A stretch of DNA of 63,962 bases, filler included, from Choristocarpus tenellus KU-1152 (lineage: Eukaryota; Protista; Phaeophyceae), in assembly GCA_964200185.2 (NCBI GenBank). It is 13 parts of 13 records of this genome, joined end to end, with 100 filler letters (N's around TTAATTAATTAA, not from the genome) between each part and the next. Parts side by side here need not be neighbours in the genome. Positions count along the whole stretch, not along the records: positions 8,718 to 20,483 come from CAXNAD020002150.1; positions 20,584 to 23,687 come from CAXNAD020022296.1; positions 23,788 to 28,476 come from CAXNAD020013454.1; 10 more parts are not named here. One strand, 5' to 3'. The position numbers and the translations under genes are program-made. Position 1 is the stretch's first letter; each line of letters opens with the position of its first letter. Below the pieces are notes generated by a model. That model was not told the DNA's origin, did no database searches, and saw only the letters and a list, made by a program, of their open reading frames with translations. Positions 12,001-24,869 of the stretch are shown piece after piece.

Positions 12001-15000
12001 TATCCAAGAGTCATATGTGCAATCCCCTTGCTTACCTGCGAGTACCTTTCCTTGATGTCCCTACAATCTTAACTCTGCAAAAACTATTTATTTTTTCCTT
12101 TCTCATGTAATTGCAAGGCATGAATACTGTTTCTCCTCTCAATACTTATTTGCAGGTGCAAGAGATGGTATGAACAGGGGGCAAGGTTTGCAAAGTGGAG
12201 GACAGTGATTAGAGTCGACGAGAGCGACTATCCAACAGATAAGGTGCACTATGCCAGATGAGGGTCGGGGTGTGGTTGAAGTCATTACATTAATTGCCGT
12301 TCCCTTGTTTGACACCACACCTGTGTCAAAACGAACCTAGTGATCTTGGAGGTTCCACTGGTATAGAGACTTCTGAACTGAGTTTTTGCTCCCCAATCTA
12401 GGATCGAATCTCCTGTGAACACTGAGAAGACAATAAATATACTATCTGTTGTACAACATTCCCTTCAGTCCAAATTTTGCATAACCCATCCTCAACCAGA
12501 TCATCTCCACTTTGTTCCACAAATGTTATAGTCCCTCCAGCTCTCTAAAAGACTGCCCTATTTTTTGTCAGGCGGTTTGGGAGAACTGCCATGCACTGGC
12601 TAGATACGCCCAGATCGCCCAAGCCAATGGCCTTGTCCCCATCGTGGAGCCAGAGGTGACCCTTGGTGAGGGGGATTATGGGATTGAGAGGACAGCTTTC
12701 GTCAGTGAGAGGGTGAGACAAAGCTTGTGGGTTTGATCCTGCTTCTTCTTCTGCATCTCTTTTTTCTGTACTACATTTCTATTTTACGATGATGAGTATC
12801 TGAATGTGCCAATATTTCCCCCCTACTGAAGTATATGTGGTTGTTGATGGACTGATTAGAGTGGGTCGATGAAGTATCCTTTATTCTCCAGGCCAAGGAT
12901 CGAGCTCAAAGGTCACTTCCTCCCTCAACACCTTAAATGTGGGATGGGTGGTCTAGCTCATTTTCCACCTTTATATTACACATAATGTCCTTATCTCACA
13001 ATCACTAGAAGCCCTGATACTGTCAAACCTGGAGAGTGTCCTGTAAAGAAGGTCCCTGGCATTCAGATGTTGACTGGGCTCTCTTATTGCTGCCATTATC
13101 CTTGATCTGGAATGAGTCATGCAGGTAAACAGTCAAGTTTTCAGATGGCTGAATGAGTACAATGTTTGCCTGGACGCTATACTGCTCAAGCCCAATATGA
13201 TCCTGCCAGGGCTTGACGCTCCAGTGGCCGACCCAGAGACAGTGGCTAAATACACACTGCAGGTTTGTAATATGATGAAGGCATTGTGTGCATTAAGTAC
13301 CTTCTTAAGTGGGTGAATTTTGTATCTCAATAATTAGGTTTATATAAGTTGTGTAAACTTGTAGCTATTATGTTTCATGAGTTGTCTGAGTCTGGTGTGT
13401 GTTCTGTTTTTGGGATGTTTCCCAATGATGTTCTGTTAGGAGGAGCGATCTTTGCACTAATTAAATACTTTGTCTATTACATGTGGTACTACATGTACAT
13501 TGCACTGGGAAGCCTGACTCCCTGCTACCCAGTTCTGCAGTGTGGTGTTTAGAGGAATTATGGTGCAACATGTATAGGTGTGTTTGTACATGTTTGGAGA
13601 TAGAGGAGTGGGCTGGGGAAGGTTCATTTGTTTATTAACTGCAGGTCTAAAGGTGAGCCTCAGTGAAGCACCTCATAGATTTATGTAGTATACAGAGCAA
13701 GAACTCGCGCCAGTTGGACAGGCTACCATGAGAGAGCCAACAGTATGTGTTTTGTGTTGAGCTCTGTGACTCTGTGTGAAGGATGTTACCATGACCATAG
13801 TAATTGGCACTATGAGATCATGTTCGCACTGTCTGTGCAATCGATTTTGTGGTATTTTGTAATTGAAATAGATGTACCATATTGTAGCTGAGACAATCAC
13901 CAATAGTGCCCTTTGTCAAATAGTGTTGTCTCGAAGTTTGACAATATCAGAGCCTGGGATCCTGCCGAGCATAATGTGTGGGCGATCACTCTACTACTGT
14001 ACACTCTCCCTGAACAGCCATCTCTACCTTATGTTTTTCCTTGAGCCTTTCCTGGACCCTGCTTTCAGTCTATCTTTGTTCTCACAACTGTCCACTTCAG
14101 TGGAAGAATGGTATCTTAATATTTGAAAAAAATCTGAGGTTTTGGGATCGAATCCTAGCTGAACCATGTTCCCAACTCCTCACACAGGGAGATCAAAGAT
14201 AGACCATGAGCAGAGTCCACAAAATTCCTCAAGGGGAAAGGCGAAAATTGAGGTGGACTGCTTGGGAAGAGTGCATGACCAGTCGGGCATTGACCCACGC
14301 ATTATGCTGGGCAGGTTTATAGCTTCTGATTTTTACCCATATGGGAACACCACTGCTCCACCAGGGCAGACAGTTGTGTTTCACTGTTTTGCACAGTTGA
14401 GCATCTAATTTTGATCAGGGACTTGCAGGAACAATCTTTCTAACGACAATGTATGTGTACAAAGCCTGTTCAAGGCTCATTCACACTTTCAAGCGATGAG
14501 AGTCTAGTTATCATATGCCACACGAGATTAGGGCTACTGGTGTTTTTTCAGTCTGTTCTAGATTTTTTGGGGGTGATGCTGCTGGTGTTGATTCCTTGCA
14601 CAGGTACTGATAGAAATATTTCCCCTCTTGTATCGACACCAGGTACGGGCAAGTCCATAAATGACGCCCTTGGGATGACATGCATGATCCCTAATAGATC
14701 TTGGACTGATTCTAGGGTGAAAGACACAGAATATATCGGCTCTATGCAGTCCAGAGTACATTTCCGCAGGACCAATCAAAACGTGGGGCAATTAATAGGT
14801 GTTTAGCATTAGATTTATCTTCATACAATCCCTTGAGGTGTGTACTTGCAAGCCTGAGCTTGAAATCAGAAACATCTTCTGTATGATCAATTATCCCTGT
14901 TCAACAGGGCTTTACATGGGACCCCTGCTGTATGATTTTGTGGCAACACGGCCTCCAACTGCTTATGGTATATTCTTTGCTCACTTGAACTCATTGCAAA

Positions 15001-15986
15001 CCCCATGACACGATGAAGGGGCCCTCCTTTCTTATCTCCTGTTATTTGCACCCTTGCTTCTTCTCCAAAACAGGTTATGAAGAGAACAATCCCCCCAGCG
15101 GTACCAGGTATCCACTTCTTGTCTGGTGGTATGTCTGAGCAAGAATCCACCGAGAATTTGCAGAAGCTGAACGTGAGGACTTCCCACTCCAGATTATGCT
15201 TAAGAGATACATGGATTAAAGTATATGTGTATATACGTATATCCATAGCTGAGGGCGTGTACACAATCCATCTACCAGTCTCATTTCCCACACACTCAAC
15301 TCTTCTGCATTTACGTTTTGATACGTAACTTTGATACACCTTTCCCGCCCTCTCCAACTCCCATCTCTGAATGTGTGCTACTCTCATGTTTGGTGGCAGG
15401 AATTGTACCCCGGTGCCCCATGGAGCCTGACATTCTCATATGGCCGTGCTTTGCAGACCAGTACCATGAATATTTGGGCGGGAAAGGATGAGAACTATGA
15501 AGAGGCACAGGTGAAGTGGTGGGAAGGCATGCCTTTGTTGTGATGATGGGATTGAGCATGGCACATTGTCGTTTCTAAGACCTACTACATTGCCAAAGGG
15601 CACTGCTTTGTGCATGGCATTCGGTATGTAGGAGTAGGTGGGAGTATGTCGAGCAACACTGTAGAGCTGACAATGGTTCTTCAAGCGCAAGCATCCACTG
15701 ATTTTAACTTGAAATCAAGGATGCAAAATTCAGTAGCCACTTGCCTCTTCTATCTCTATTATTTATTTGTCGCATAGGTGTGTTGTTATTCTGTGCTCAC
15801 ATAACCAAGATAAGTGCTATATTCATACCCTATCCCTCCACCCTACCATCCACCCCACAGGCAATGCTTCTCTCCCTGGCTAAGGTAAACTCGGAGGCAC
15901 AAAGAGGAGAGTACCAGGGGCCGCATCCCTCTCGGTTTGGGGGGCGCAATGTTCAAGTCCTTCGACTGGGTGGACCTGGAAAGTGA
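9052..15986 (+). CDS. FBA: Fructose-bisphosphate aldolase class I, plastid-targeted; 11 exons, ~405 aa
   Basis: Phase-consistent GT-AG exons: 9052-9126, 9378-9470, 9969-10130, 10684-10791, 10955-11031, 12156-12243, 12572-12712, 13125-13262, 15074-15172, 15400-15510, 15861-15986. Class I motifs [45 protein letters not shown] (Schiff-base Lys), FLSGG and [13 protein letters not shown]-terminal signal peptide ends GVA-YAP. Confidence 0.96.
9540..9810 (+). repeat. ~160-bp diverged tandem duplication in FBA intron 2
   Basis: GGAA(A)GCGAGACAGATG...GTGAAGGyCTAGCCTCTT occurs near 9546 and again near 9707. Confidence 0.75.
14125..14385 (+). mobile_element. SINE-like element with tRNA B-box-like head, in FBA intron 8
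   Basis: Collinear with 63460-63710: GAGGTT.TGGGATCGAATCC, TTCCC.ACTCC, AGATAGA, GACTGCT.GG, ATTATGCTGGG, TCTGATTTT. Confidence 0.6.
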
Positions 15987-17151
15987 GACAGCAGTACATT
16001 AACGATCTCCTATGCCCAATCCCCCTTTTTTTGTGGGATTGCTGGTGTTGTAGAGTAGATTGGAGCTGTGACCCTTCCCACACCTTATAGAAGGTATTGC
16101 CCTAGGGTTACAGTCTGTGGTACCCAAAGGAGTATATACTGTGGTTTACTCTCAAGATATTGATCATCTAGTACGTAATGGGCATAGGAGTGTCCAGCAC
16201 ATGTGCTGGTGACTGGCATCTTTTCCGAAGCATTCACGCATCCTCTGATATTATTGTCTTGAGGGTATATGCTTTCAAGAATAGAAACTCTCAGTCTGAT
16301 TGAGAAGTTGTTTTGCCTATTGCTCAACTTGTGGTGGTGATTGGTTGTCTACGTATTTATAGTATGTATGTCACACTTGGGGCAGCAACGAAGACATCCA
16401 TATTCCACCATACATGCATGGAGTAGCAAGTCCGGTGGATGAGACTGCTATAATAGATTAGTCAGCCAGGTATGGTCAAAAGTAGTATGCTCTTTGTACT
16501 AGTCTGGGAGGGGGTGGCAATGTGGACAAGTTGAATATAACTCTTACTCTTGAGGGAAAATGTCCAGAGATCATGCAGATAGGTCAGGTGTCCACTGTGC
16601 TCCACCCAAAGCGCACTCTTGATTGTCTCTCTTGTAGCATTCTATCAACACTGTTGCCTTTCAATTTTATTGGCAATCTGAAATAGACCTATCCATGCAA
16701 CCTTGTAATAGGCATTGTTGGGTGTTGAGTATATCTAATCTGATGAAGATTTGTGAACTGCTAATGGCAATATATTATTGCTCTTTGTATCCACATGCTG
16801 TATCTTGTTTTCCCTCATCTTCAGAGGATGTTACAGCAGTGTGAGATTCCACTGTGGCAAATGTGATGATCCTTGTGTGCTGAGATCAAAACCCCGAGGA
16901 AGATTGGTGTGCATCATTATTGTGATCAACCCATTGTTGGTTGGGAGTGATGATTTCTCAATCCTCTCTCATCTGGTTCCCCACCTGTTCACTATGGCTC
17001 GAATTGTCAAATGCATTTTCATGTGTAGATGGCTCAGAGCTACAATATCATCTTGCTGCTCCAGAGTTTTAGTGAAGGAAATATTTATCACAGTGGAGGT
17101 GTAGGTGTGCTGTGATCAACCTTAAATTATTGTGATTCAAGACAGAGTCAA

Positions 17152-17409
17152 GAGCCAAAGTATCTTAGAGGGTAGATCCGCGTCCATTTGGGGGCCACAA
17201 TCCAATGTTGCGATTTTGATGTAATTTTGGCTGTCGTGTTTGTTAGAAAGTCTCTGTATCCTTGTTCCGGACACATCTTTTCGTAACGTATTCATTTTAC
17301 TTACTCGGAATATTTTGGAGTAGGAAAATGTCATTAAAAAAAGCATGGGAAGCCAAGCCCCAAATGGATGAACAGGGCAAAACTCGTACCCTCTAAGATA
17401 ATTTAACTC
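17152..17409 (+). mobile_element. MITE family A, complete, TCAA TSD
   Basis: TCAA|GAGCCAAAGTATCTTAGAGGGTA...TACCCTCTAAGATAATTTAACTC|TCAA. Confidence 0.93.
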
Positions 17410-17420
17410 TCAAACCAAGT

Positions 17421-17614
17421 GAGAAGTAGGCAGGGTTGGATGTTAAGGATCGCAGAAAGAACCTTTGCTGTTTTGTGGTACCACTTTGTGCATGAAATGG
17501 GGTAATATAATTTTTTGTACAGTATTGTGCACATAAAGGAATGAAATATGGTGTATTACACAGGGTAAGAACGATGGCCTAAATTGCAGAAGGGTCCAAA
17601 CCTACCTATCTCTC
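17421..17614 (+). mobile_element. MITE family D (~194 bp, GAG...CTC termini, AATT-like target)
   Basis: TIRs GAGAAGTAGGCAGGGTTGGA / TCCAAACCTACCTATCTCTC; flanks AAGT/AATT. Further ends at 20321 and 36422, both preceded by AATT. Confidence 0.7.
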
Positions 17615-17701
17615 AATTGGTTTGACTCGAAATGACATTGGCATGCAGGTAGTGTTGTATGGACTGGCTGATTCAACTGAACAAAATAGGTATTCTAACT
17701 A

Positions 17702-20167
17702 TCAAGGGCTTGCCCATTTGATCAGTTCATTTGACTGGTGAAGGTAAGTCGTGCCAGCTTGGGTAAGACAGTGCGAATGGCAAAGGAAGCTGTCTGGTAT
17801 AGTATTTCTTCACAAATTGCCGTCACGAAGAATGGGGTGGTGATGGTCAATTCAACACGTCAAGCCGATCATGGGTTGATATGAAGCAATGTAGGAAAGG
17901 GGGATGAACGCAGGTGGGTCATCTCTCAGTTTTTTTGTGTGTACTAGTGTCCACATACAACAATTTCCATTTTATGTAGTGCATATTTGGACTTCTGCTA
18001 TTTTAGTGATATCTGCGTTGATGCTTCCTAGTTGCTGCAACAGTTGCAATTCTTGAATAGACACGTGTAGGTTGTTTTGTGTTAACTCACTCACTTGCTC
18101 CATCCAGCTTGAACAAGCAACATTTTGTTTAGAGTGTTGGCCCTTCTACAGTACTCTTAATAATCTGAAATGGGAGCTTGCTATCGACTATTCCAGGCAC
18201 ATTGGGAACATTTTCGAGACCTCATCTACACTGTTACCCTGTGCGGAAGTACTAAATGGTTGGTCGCCCTAAGGATGATCATTTCCAAGGACGTATTACA
18301 CATACGGTTGAAATTTGTACTACAGTCAGTAGCATGCTGTAAGAAATATAAAGTGTCTAGAGTTTGACATAAAGAAAGAAACACATTTGCATGTACACAA
18401 TTCCCATGGAGAGAGCTCAATGCCATTAAATTGCACTAAATAATTTATTGCCACATGTTTGAAAACTATATTTCGAAATAGGTTGATACATACTACTTTG
18501 AAGTATTACGAGGGGAAGACTCGGAGTAATTTTTTTTCAGCATCAAAAATCGATTTTTTTTGTTATGAATGTACTCTGAACTTTCTCAGTGCTGAGTCCG
18601 GGCCTAGGTTGAACACCCTGTAGCCCCAGCACTGGGTCAGGGTCCAGGTCTGAGGCCACTGTGCTGGGCTTCATGATACAGAGTGCTTGGGTCCCGACCT
18701 AGGTCTTAGCAAACTGGATGATGTGCGAAAATGTTCTAGTGAAATATTCCGACCTGTCCAGAGAGCACATGGATCGACATGCTACCCTTCAATTCGAAGT
18801 ATGCTGTTGAGTGTGAAGATCTAACGCGTTGATTACAGATAACTTCTCTGTATATAACTCTAGCACATTGTTGTGCTAAGTTTGAAGTTGTAGTGAGACC
18901 TGGCAGTCCAACAGTAGTGCCATTAATTGTTCTTGTACTGTATCTGGGTTGGAGAGCAAGGCCGCGATTTCCCATTTGAGTACCTTCTGGGTCGGGTGTC
19001 AGCCCACAGAACCAGTTACACAGGTTGCGCAAGCCCAGATCTGTGGACTCACACCATGGAGGTCCTGTTGCAAGAGGAGTGTCCCTGAACCTGCCGTACA
19101 TATGGATCTATATATCACAGTAGTTTCCTAAGCTCCTCAAAATACTGATGATCACTCATCATATCCTATGTACTATACATTGTATGTACATTTAGGACAG
19201 CAGCTGCTCATATTTGGATATCACCATGGGATTTTGACACTAAAGTAAAGTACTTCTTGGTGTGATCAATAAGGGAAGGCTCACAGAGGAGGCCTGTTTG
19301 TCCGAATTTTTACATATTGTCTAAAGGATCTCGGGTCCTATGTGAAGGGTTGTTTAGAGGGGTACCAATAAACGTTTCTACTAAATAATGCACTAGGTCA
19401 GAGATAAGAGGAAGAAAAGGATATAGCGGAGTCAATTTTTAGTGTAGAGGGGCAGCCATGATCCAGACACTACCCACAATAAAATATTTTATAGTGCCTA
19501 CTCCGTATTATCAGCATCCACAAGTTCATTGTAGGCACAGCAAAACTTACCAAAAGATGTGGAAATATGGACGCAAACCCTATAAATTACGAAAAAATAA
19601 GTCTCTCAGATTTAAATGCAAATTCTAGGAGTTTAGTTCGGTTAGAAAAAACTTAAAAACTAGCGCAGAATTATGACACCCTGTATGGCATTGGATTATT
19701 CAAGAAAAGTATTCTCCTGCCGGTTCGTCAACTCCTTTCTAGTTAGAACATGATAAAATACTGCGAAAGAGTAAATGACCCGAAGATATTGCATAACGTA
19801 TTTGTCAGAATAGGTATCATACAAAGGTAACTACATGATGACAGATGGTATTCCTATAACATCGACCTCCTCTCCAAGTGACTTGAGTATATCTATGATA
19901 AAATATAAATACCTGTGAATAAGTTTCGTATCACTGTTGTATACTACCCACTGTCCAAATTGCTATAATCTTCGTTCACTTTTGATTGATAAATTTTGAT
20001 ATCAGTATTCCAAATAGTACTAATCCCTTAACCTTATCAATTAAGGGTGAACAGACAGATGATCAAACAATGACACCAGGGATTACTAGGTACTAGAAAG
20101 CCTGATGCTGAAAATTTGACCCAAGTAATAACCATACCAATCTGAGTGAAAGTAGTTGCCCTTGCAT
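17702..20167 (-). CDS. Putative 3' exons of an unknown Cys/Trp-rich protein, convergent with FBA
   Basis: Candidate exons 20167-20138, 19090-18984 and 17793-17702 join in phase: CKGNYFHSDW-FRDTPLATGPPWCESTDLGLRNLCNWFCGLTPDPE-DSFLCHSHCLTQAGTTYLHQSNELIKW. No recognised domain. Confidence 0.35.
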
Positions 20168-20386
20168 CTGACACATTCAATCATATGACATGGACACCGC
20201 TACAGGTTCACACCGGCCCCAAATGGACGCCTGACCCCCCCTCTAGGATTACCATGCATCAGATAGGCGTTCTAAAAGTATGGTACATGAATGATACAGC
20301 AACACTGAGTCCAACTAATTGAGAGGTAGGCAGGGTTACATTTTAAGGATCCTGAGAAAGGTCGAAAATATATATTCTGCACAATT

Positions 20387-20483
20387 GACCCAAAGTATCT
20401 GGGGGGGGCGGGTCTACACCAGGGTGGCCATTTCGACCAAAATCAGGAAAATTGCATTTTCATTATCCATCAGACGTATGGAA
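20387..20483 (-). mobile_element. MITE family B, partial at contig end, inserted in a family-D end starting at 20321
   Basis: GACCCAAAGTATCTGGGGGGG...; follows AATT|GAGAGGTAGGCAGGGTT. Confidence 0.8.
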
Positions 20484-20639
20484 NNNNNNNNNNNNNNNNN
20501 NNNNNNNNNNNNNNNNNNNNNNNNNNNTTAATTAATTAANNNNNNNNNNNNNNNNNNNNNNNNNNNNNNNNNNNNNNNNNNNNATAGTTCTTGACCACAA
20601 GGATACCAACGTAGATACGTGCGGGTCTATAAAATATAT

Positions 20640-20735
20640 CATCCACCCAGCGCATGCAAAATCACCCAAAAGTCACGACATGGAAAAATGGACCACAAAA
20701 GGACAGTTGCAACCCCCTCCCCAGATACTTTGGTC
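20640..20735 (-). mobile_element. MITE family B, partial
   Basis: ATGCAAAATCACCCAAAA...CCCCTCCCAGATACTTTGGTCC. Confidence 0.75.
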
Positions 20736-23700
20736 CATTAGCAAGACCTACATTGCGACTGGATCTCGTGAGGAGGTCAACATCAGGTGTGTGATCGTGC
20801 TGTACCCTCTTCTAGGTGAAGGAATTGAAGCATGGAGAAATATGAAGTATCATACACCCATCCTGCTTTTTTTGAGGCAAAAGGTCGTTGATGGCAGAGT
20901 GGTGAACCTATGATGTTTAGTTTGTGAATAGTTACTACAAATCAACCGTTTGATTCAAGTACAAACAAATGAGTCAGACCCCAAAATATGCTGCTACAGT
21001 AGGGCAACACTTCACGAGTGGCTGCTTGCAGTTATTACCTTTGTTTGTTGTCTGCTGAGTATGATGCTGGCTTCATGATAGATAGGAATCTGAACCTCCT
21101 CTGGGCATAGGCGTATTATATACAGTAGTTTCTATTGGTTATATTTTCATGTACTTTGGAGTCCATCTAAACAGGCTCCAAGTCATAAAGCAACACAAAA
21201 ACAGGGAGAGGCGCGAAGAAACCTGTGCAACATAAGTGACTTTGTTTTCATAGGCTACGCTGACCAAATCCAGCAAAATGCAGATTTCGACAAACGAATT
21301 AATGACGATTCGGTGGGATGTTGTGCCAATATCCAATTAAGCCCTCATTATATTCGACAAAGCTCAAAACATTGCAACCGTTCCTTGCCTAGTCATGCTG
21401 CATCATTGGCCATTAAAGGACTCAATTTTTTTACTTGAAGGAAGGTGAAGTTGAAAGGAAAAGCTTGAGGCATGCTAACTATCATGGAAATATGTTATCA
21501 TGCTCATTTCTTATCACATCATCGTCGGCTTCTATATTTGAATATACACTGGTATCAACTTTAATAATTCCACAGTTGATTTGACACGGTGCCACAGGCA
21601 TTACCTTATCATGGTATGATTCCTTTTTAAGCGACCAATAATGACACAATAACCAGCAGGTAATCTAAACTCTATCTGGTTAAGGTTGAAAGGATTGGAA
21701 ATATTTAACCGATTGGATTATTGTTTGTCTTTCTCGGAAGAAGCCTACTGGGGTACAGAGCTCCAAGTTTCGAAACGTCCTTCAGATAGGCTTGGGACTT
21801 ACGTGGTAAATACATTGAGTACTTTATATCCAGCATTTCCAGTGGGCTATGAAGTTAGTCGAGGCCCCCAGTCTCTTTACTATTTTCCTGTTTTTATCTG
21901 TGCATACAAATACTTGTTTCGATTCATAAATTGTGTACAGAAATGTGGGTCTAATTCCCTCAATGAAGTAGAAGGAAGCAAGCTTTCAATCTTAGACACC
22001 AGCAAGGTATTGCTCGGATGATACATGGGAGGTTGTAGCATCGACCGCCATTTCCTAAAACATAATGTTGCAGGAACAGTTGACCCCCACAATGCCGTGA
22101 AATGATTGCAGCCTATCGTGCAATAAATGGATTAGATAACCAGTAAAATTCTCGCCCCTCGTATTGGGGACTCAGAATTCGTGTTTATACTGTTATCATA
22201 CTCCTTTGCATAGTCTGTATATCATGCATTGCCGTCGTGTTGTAACCTATCGTGTTAGTAAAGAGATTATCGTGTGTGTATGTGGTACAGATCATGGCCA
22301 ATTTTTTGTTTGTTTGTTTGTTTAATTGTGTGTTTGAGTACTTATTTGTAAGACTAGTGTCTCTTGGTCAGATCTCGTGGTGCCCACATACTATAATCCT
22401 TTACATAGATAGGTTATCCATCTAGTTTAGACAAATCGTTTGTGTGTTTGTGTGTGTCATTTTTTGATAGATGGGTATAGTCTATCGTTTTGTGAAGAGA
22501 TTAGATAACTGGTAACAGATGCCAGTTAACCTGTTCACGTCCAGCTCTGACTTGGCATCTCGTGTTTACCAGGTTTATCAATCCTTCCTCCTAATAGATT
22601 ATACATAAAGGTTGGTGGATTAGATAAATTAATATACAATAAATTTTATCTCTCAACTCTCCTCGTTTGCATGAGTGGACAAATGCGGTGGTGAAAAGAG
22701 ACTGTTATCACCGGGCACATTATACATTAGCACGTGTATGCTAAAGGTGGCTGTTCATTACATCATGTCACACTTTCATGAAATGGATTTATTGATCATC
22801 ATGTAATAACTAATCCCATCCTAAAAAAAAAAAAAGGAGAGAGGATTCGAGTCTACCACCAGGTAAGAGATGGAGACTTAAGGTGAGCCATACATGTTAT
22901 TTATTTATTTATTTTCGTGTGGCATGATCCCCCCGACATGATGTAATGGCCGTACAGTCACCTCGTATCGTTTTAGGAGAGTTGAGCCACCAACATCGTA
23001 CGTTGTCCACTTGGAATATTGTTGTCGTGAGCAATATTTCCAATCGAAGTCAGAATTGAGGAAGGAGAATGGGTGCACACACTTGATCTCGTCATTTGCT
23101 GTGTTGATTTGATCGCGTAAACACGCGATGATGCTTTCACGCATCGGAGTGGTGATCAAATCATAGTTTAACACTTATAGCAATGTCGAATCACAAACAC
23201 TAGTCAAATCGTTTTGTTGACATCGTGTATAAAATGTTTGCTCCTCGTCTCCCCATTCCGAGTGTATCCTCTATTTATACAAGATACTAGAGACCTATAT
23301 GCTGGCCACATATACCTCTCGCCTCGTCTTTAGGCTGATCGATATGCTGATCCCATACTCTCAGACCTCGTTCGTAAGCTTGATTGGTGTGCTGGCCACA
23401 CACCATCAACCTTTAGGCTATGTTTTCCTGATCAGATATACATCGTTAGCCTCGTTTATATTGTATATTTCATTTCGTGTTAATGAAGTCGTGTAATACA
23501 ATGGTGCAATAGTATACTAACAATCACACATGTTTCCCATTTCGCTCCCAGAGCTCACCTTTTGGTTGACCTTGAATCATGTTTACATGGCTTCAAGGCC
23601 GATCAGAGGGGGGGGTGATGTGGAAAGCATGTTTGCCTGATATTATACCGTTATCGCCGTATGTCATATACCGTTATACCGTGGTACNNNNNNNNNNNNN

Positions 23701-24869
23701 NNNNNNNNNNNNNNNNNNNNNNNNNNNNNNNTTAATTAATTAANNNNNNNNNNNNNNNNNNNNNNNNNNNNNNNNNNNNNNNNNNNNGTGAAGATTCATG
23801 TTATCTGTAGTATGGTTGGGCATACTGGTGAATGTTCAGGACATGGGAAGAATGGATACCCAGTCTTTGGAGGGATCGATGAAGACAAAGTCAGAAGCAA
23901 AATACTAGTCATGTTGGTGTGGTTGTTGAGGAAGGAACGACCGACCCCTCACAACTAAGAATGAAAAGGATTTATCTTCATTTTGGAAAAAAGTATAGTC
24001 GATATGGACGAGAAGATCATCGTCAACCCCAAGACTTTCCATATTGTTGAGAATTTTCCACCAATTGTTCAAGGTGTTTTTCCTTGAAATATTATTATTC
24101 TTAATATTTGAGTGATATATCCCATCAAGCATCAACAAAGAGTTCCTAAAATAGATGGCATAACAAAAAAAGAAAATTGTGAATCATAGAGGAGGCAAGG
24201 TTAGGATATAGTCATTGCACACTCTTATAGGGAGGGTAGAGTTGTTAAACTTCAGAACTTGCGTATGAAAATTCAACAGCATATCAAATGGATGTTTTAA
24301 TCAGTAATAAATAAATAACTTTGCAAAAAGAACGTCAATTAAGAAGGTGGGCAAGGTTGGGGATGGAGTTGACTATACATCATCATCAGTAAGATAACTG
24401 TTCAACACAAAACAGTTGTCCTCCTGATAAAATAAAAGAATAAAAACAAGTGTACAAGATTCATTTGGAAAAATTAACTCGACTCTTTTCGTTGATACAG
24501 TGTTGGCAGTCGTCTCCTGGATGAACTTTGTTGTAATATAACAATTCTTCATGAAATTTCGTTTGTTGTTATCGCATCAGCATCCTTAACCTTATTTGAT
24601 GCCTCTTGGTTGGTCAACTTCCTGCAATCGTGAGAAAGAGAGGATCATACTTAAGTCAAGTAGCCCGCGCTCGCGGTTTGCGAACCGCGCATTTTTAGGA
24701 TGATTTGATGCCAGAAGAGCCCATCTTCACCCGGAGAACATGGGCGATTGTTGTCTCTCCATTCTCTTCCCATTACTTCCCGTTTATGCGATATTGTCAC
24801 CTGCTGGCTAAGGCTCACTCATGGTGGCCCAGACCTCTGAACCAGATAATCCATGCCAAGTCAAATGAG

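Noticed and set aside
14135-14165. tRNA T-arm-like GGGATCGAATCC as a tRNA gene
   Set aside because: No cloverleaf could be built; it lies within a longer dispersed SINE-like repeat.
20144-20154. GAGTGAAAGTA matching the family-A TIR
   Set aside because: The match stops after 11 bp with no continuous interior homology, and it overlaps a candidate minus-strand microexon.
23788-24600. AT-rich strand-biased region, possibly a decayed LINE (similarly 26200-26700, 34800-35330, 58900-59740)
   Set aside because: Too degenerate to support a family call without a translated profile search.
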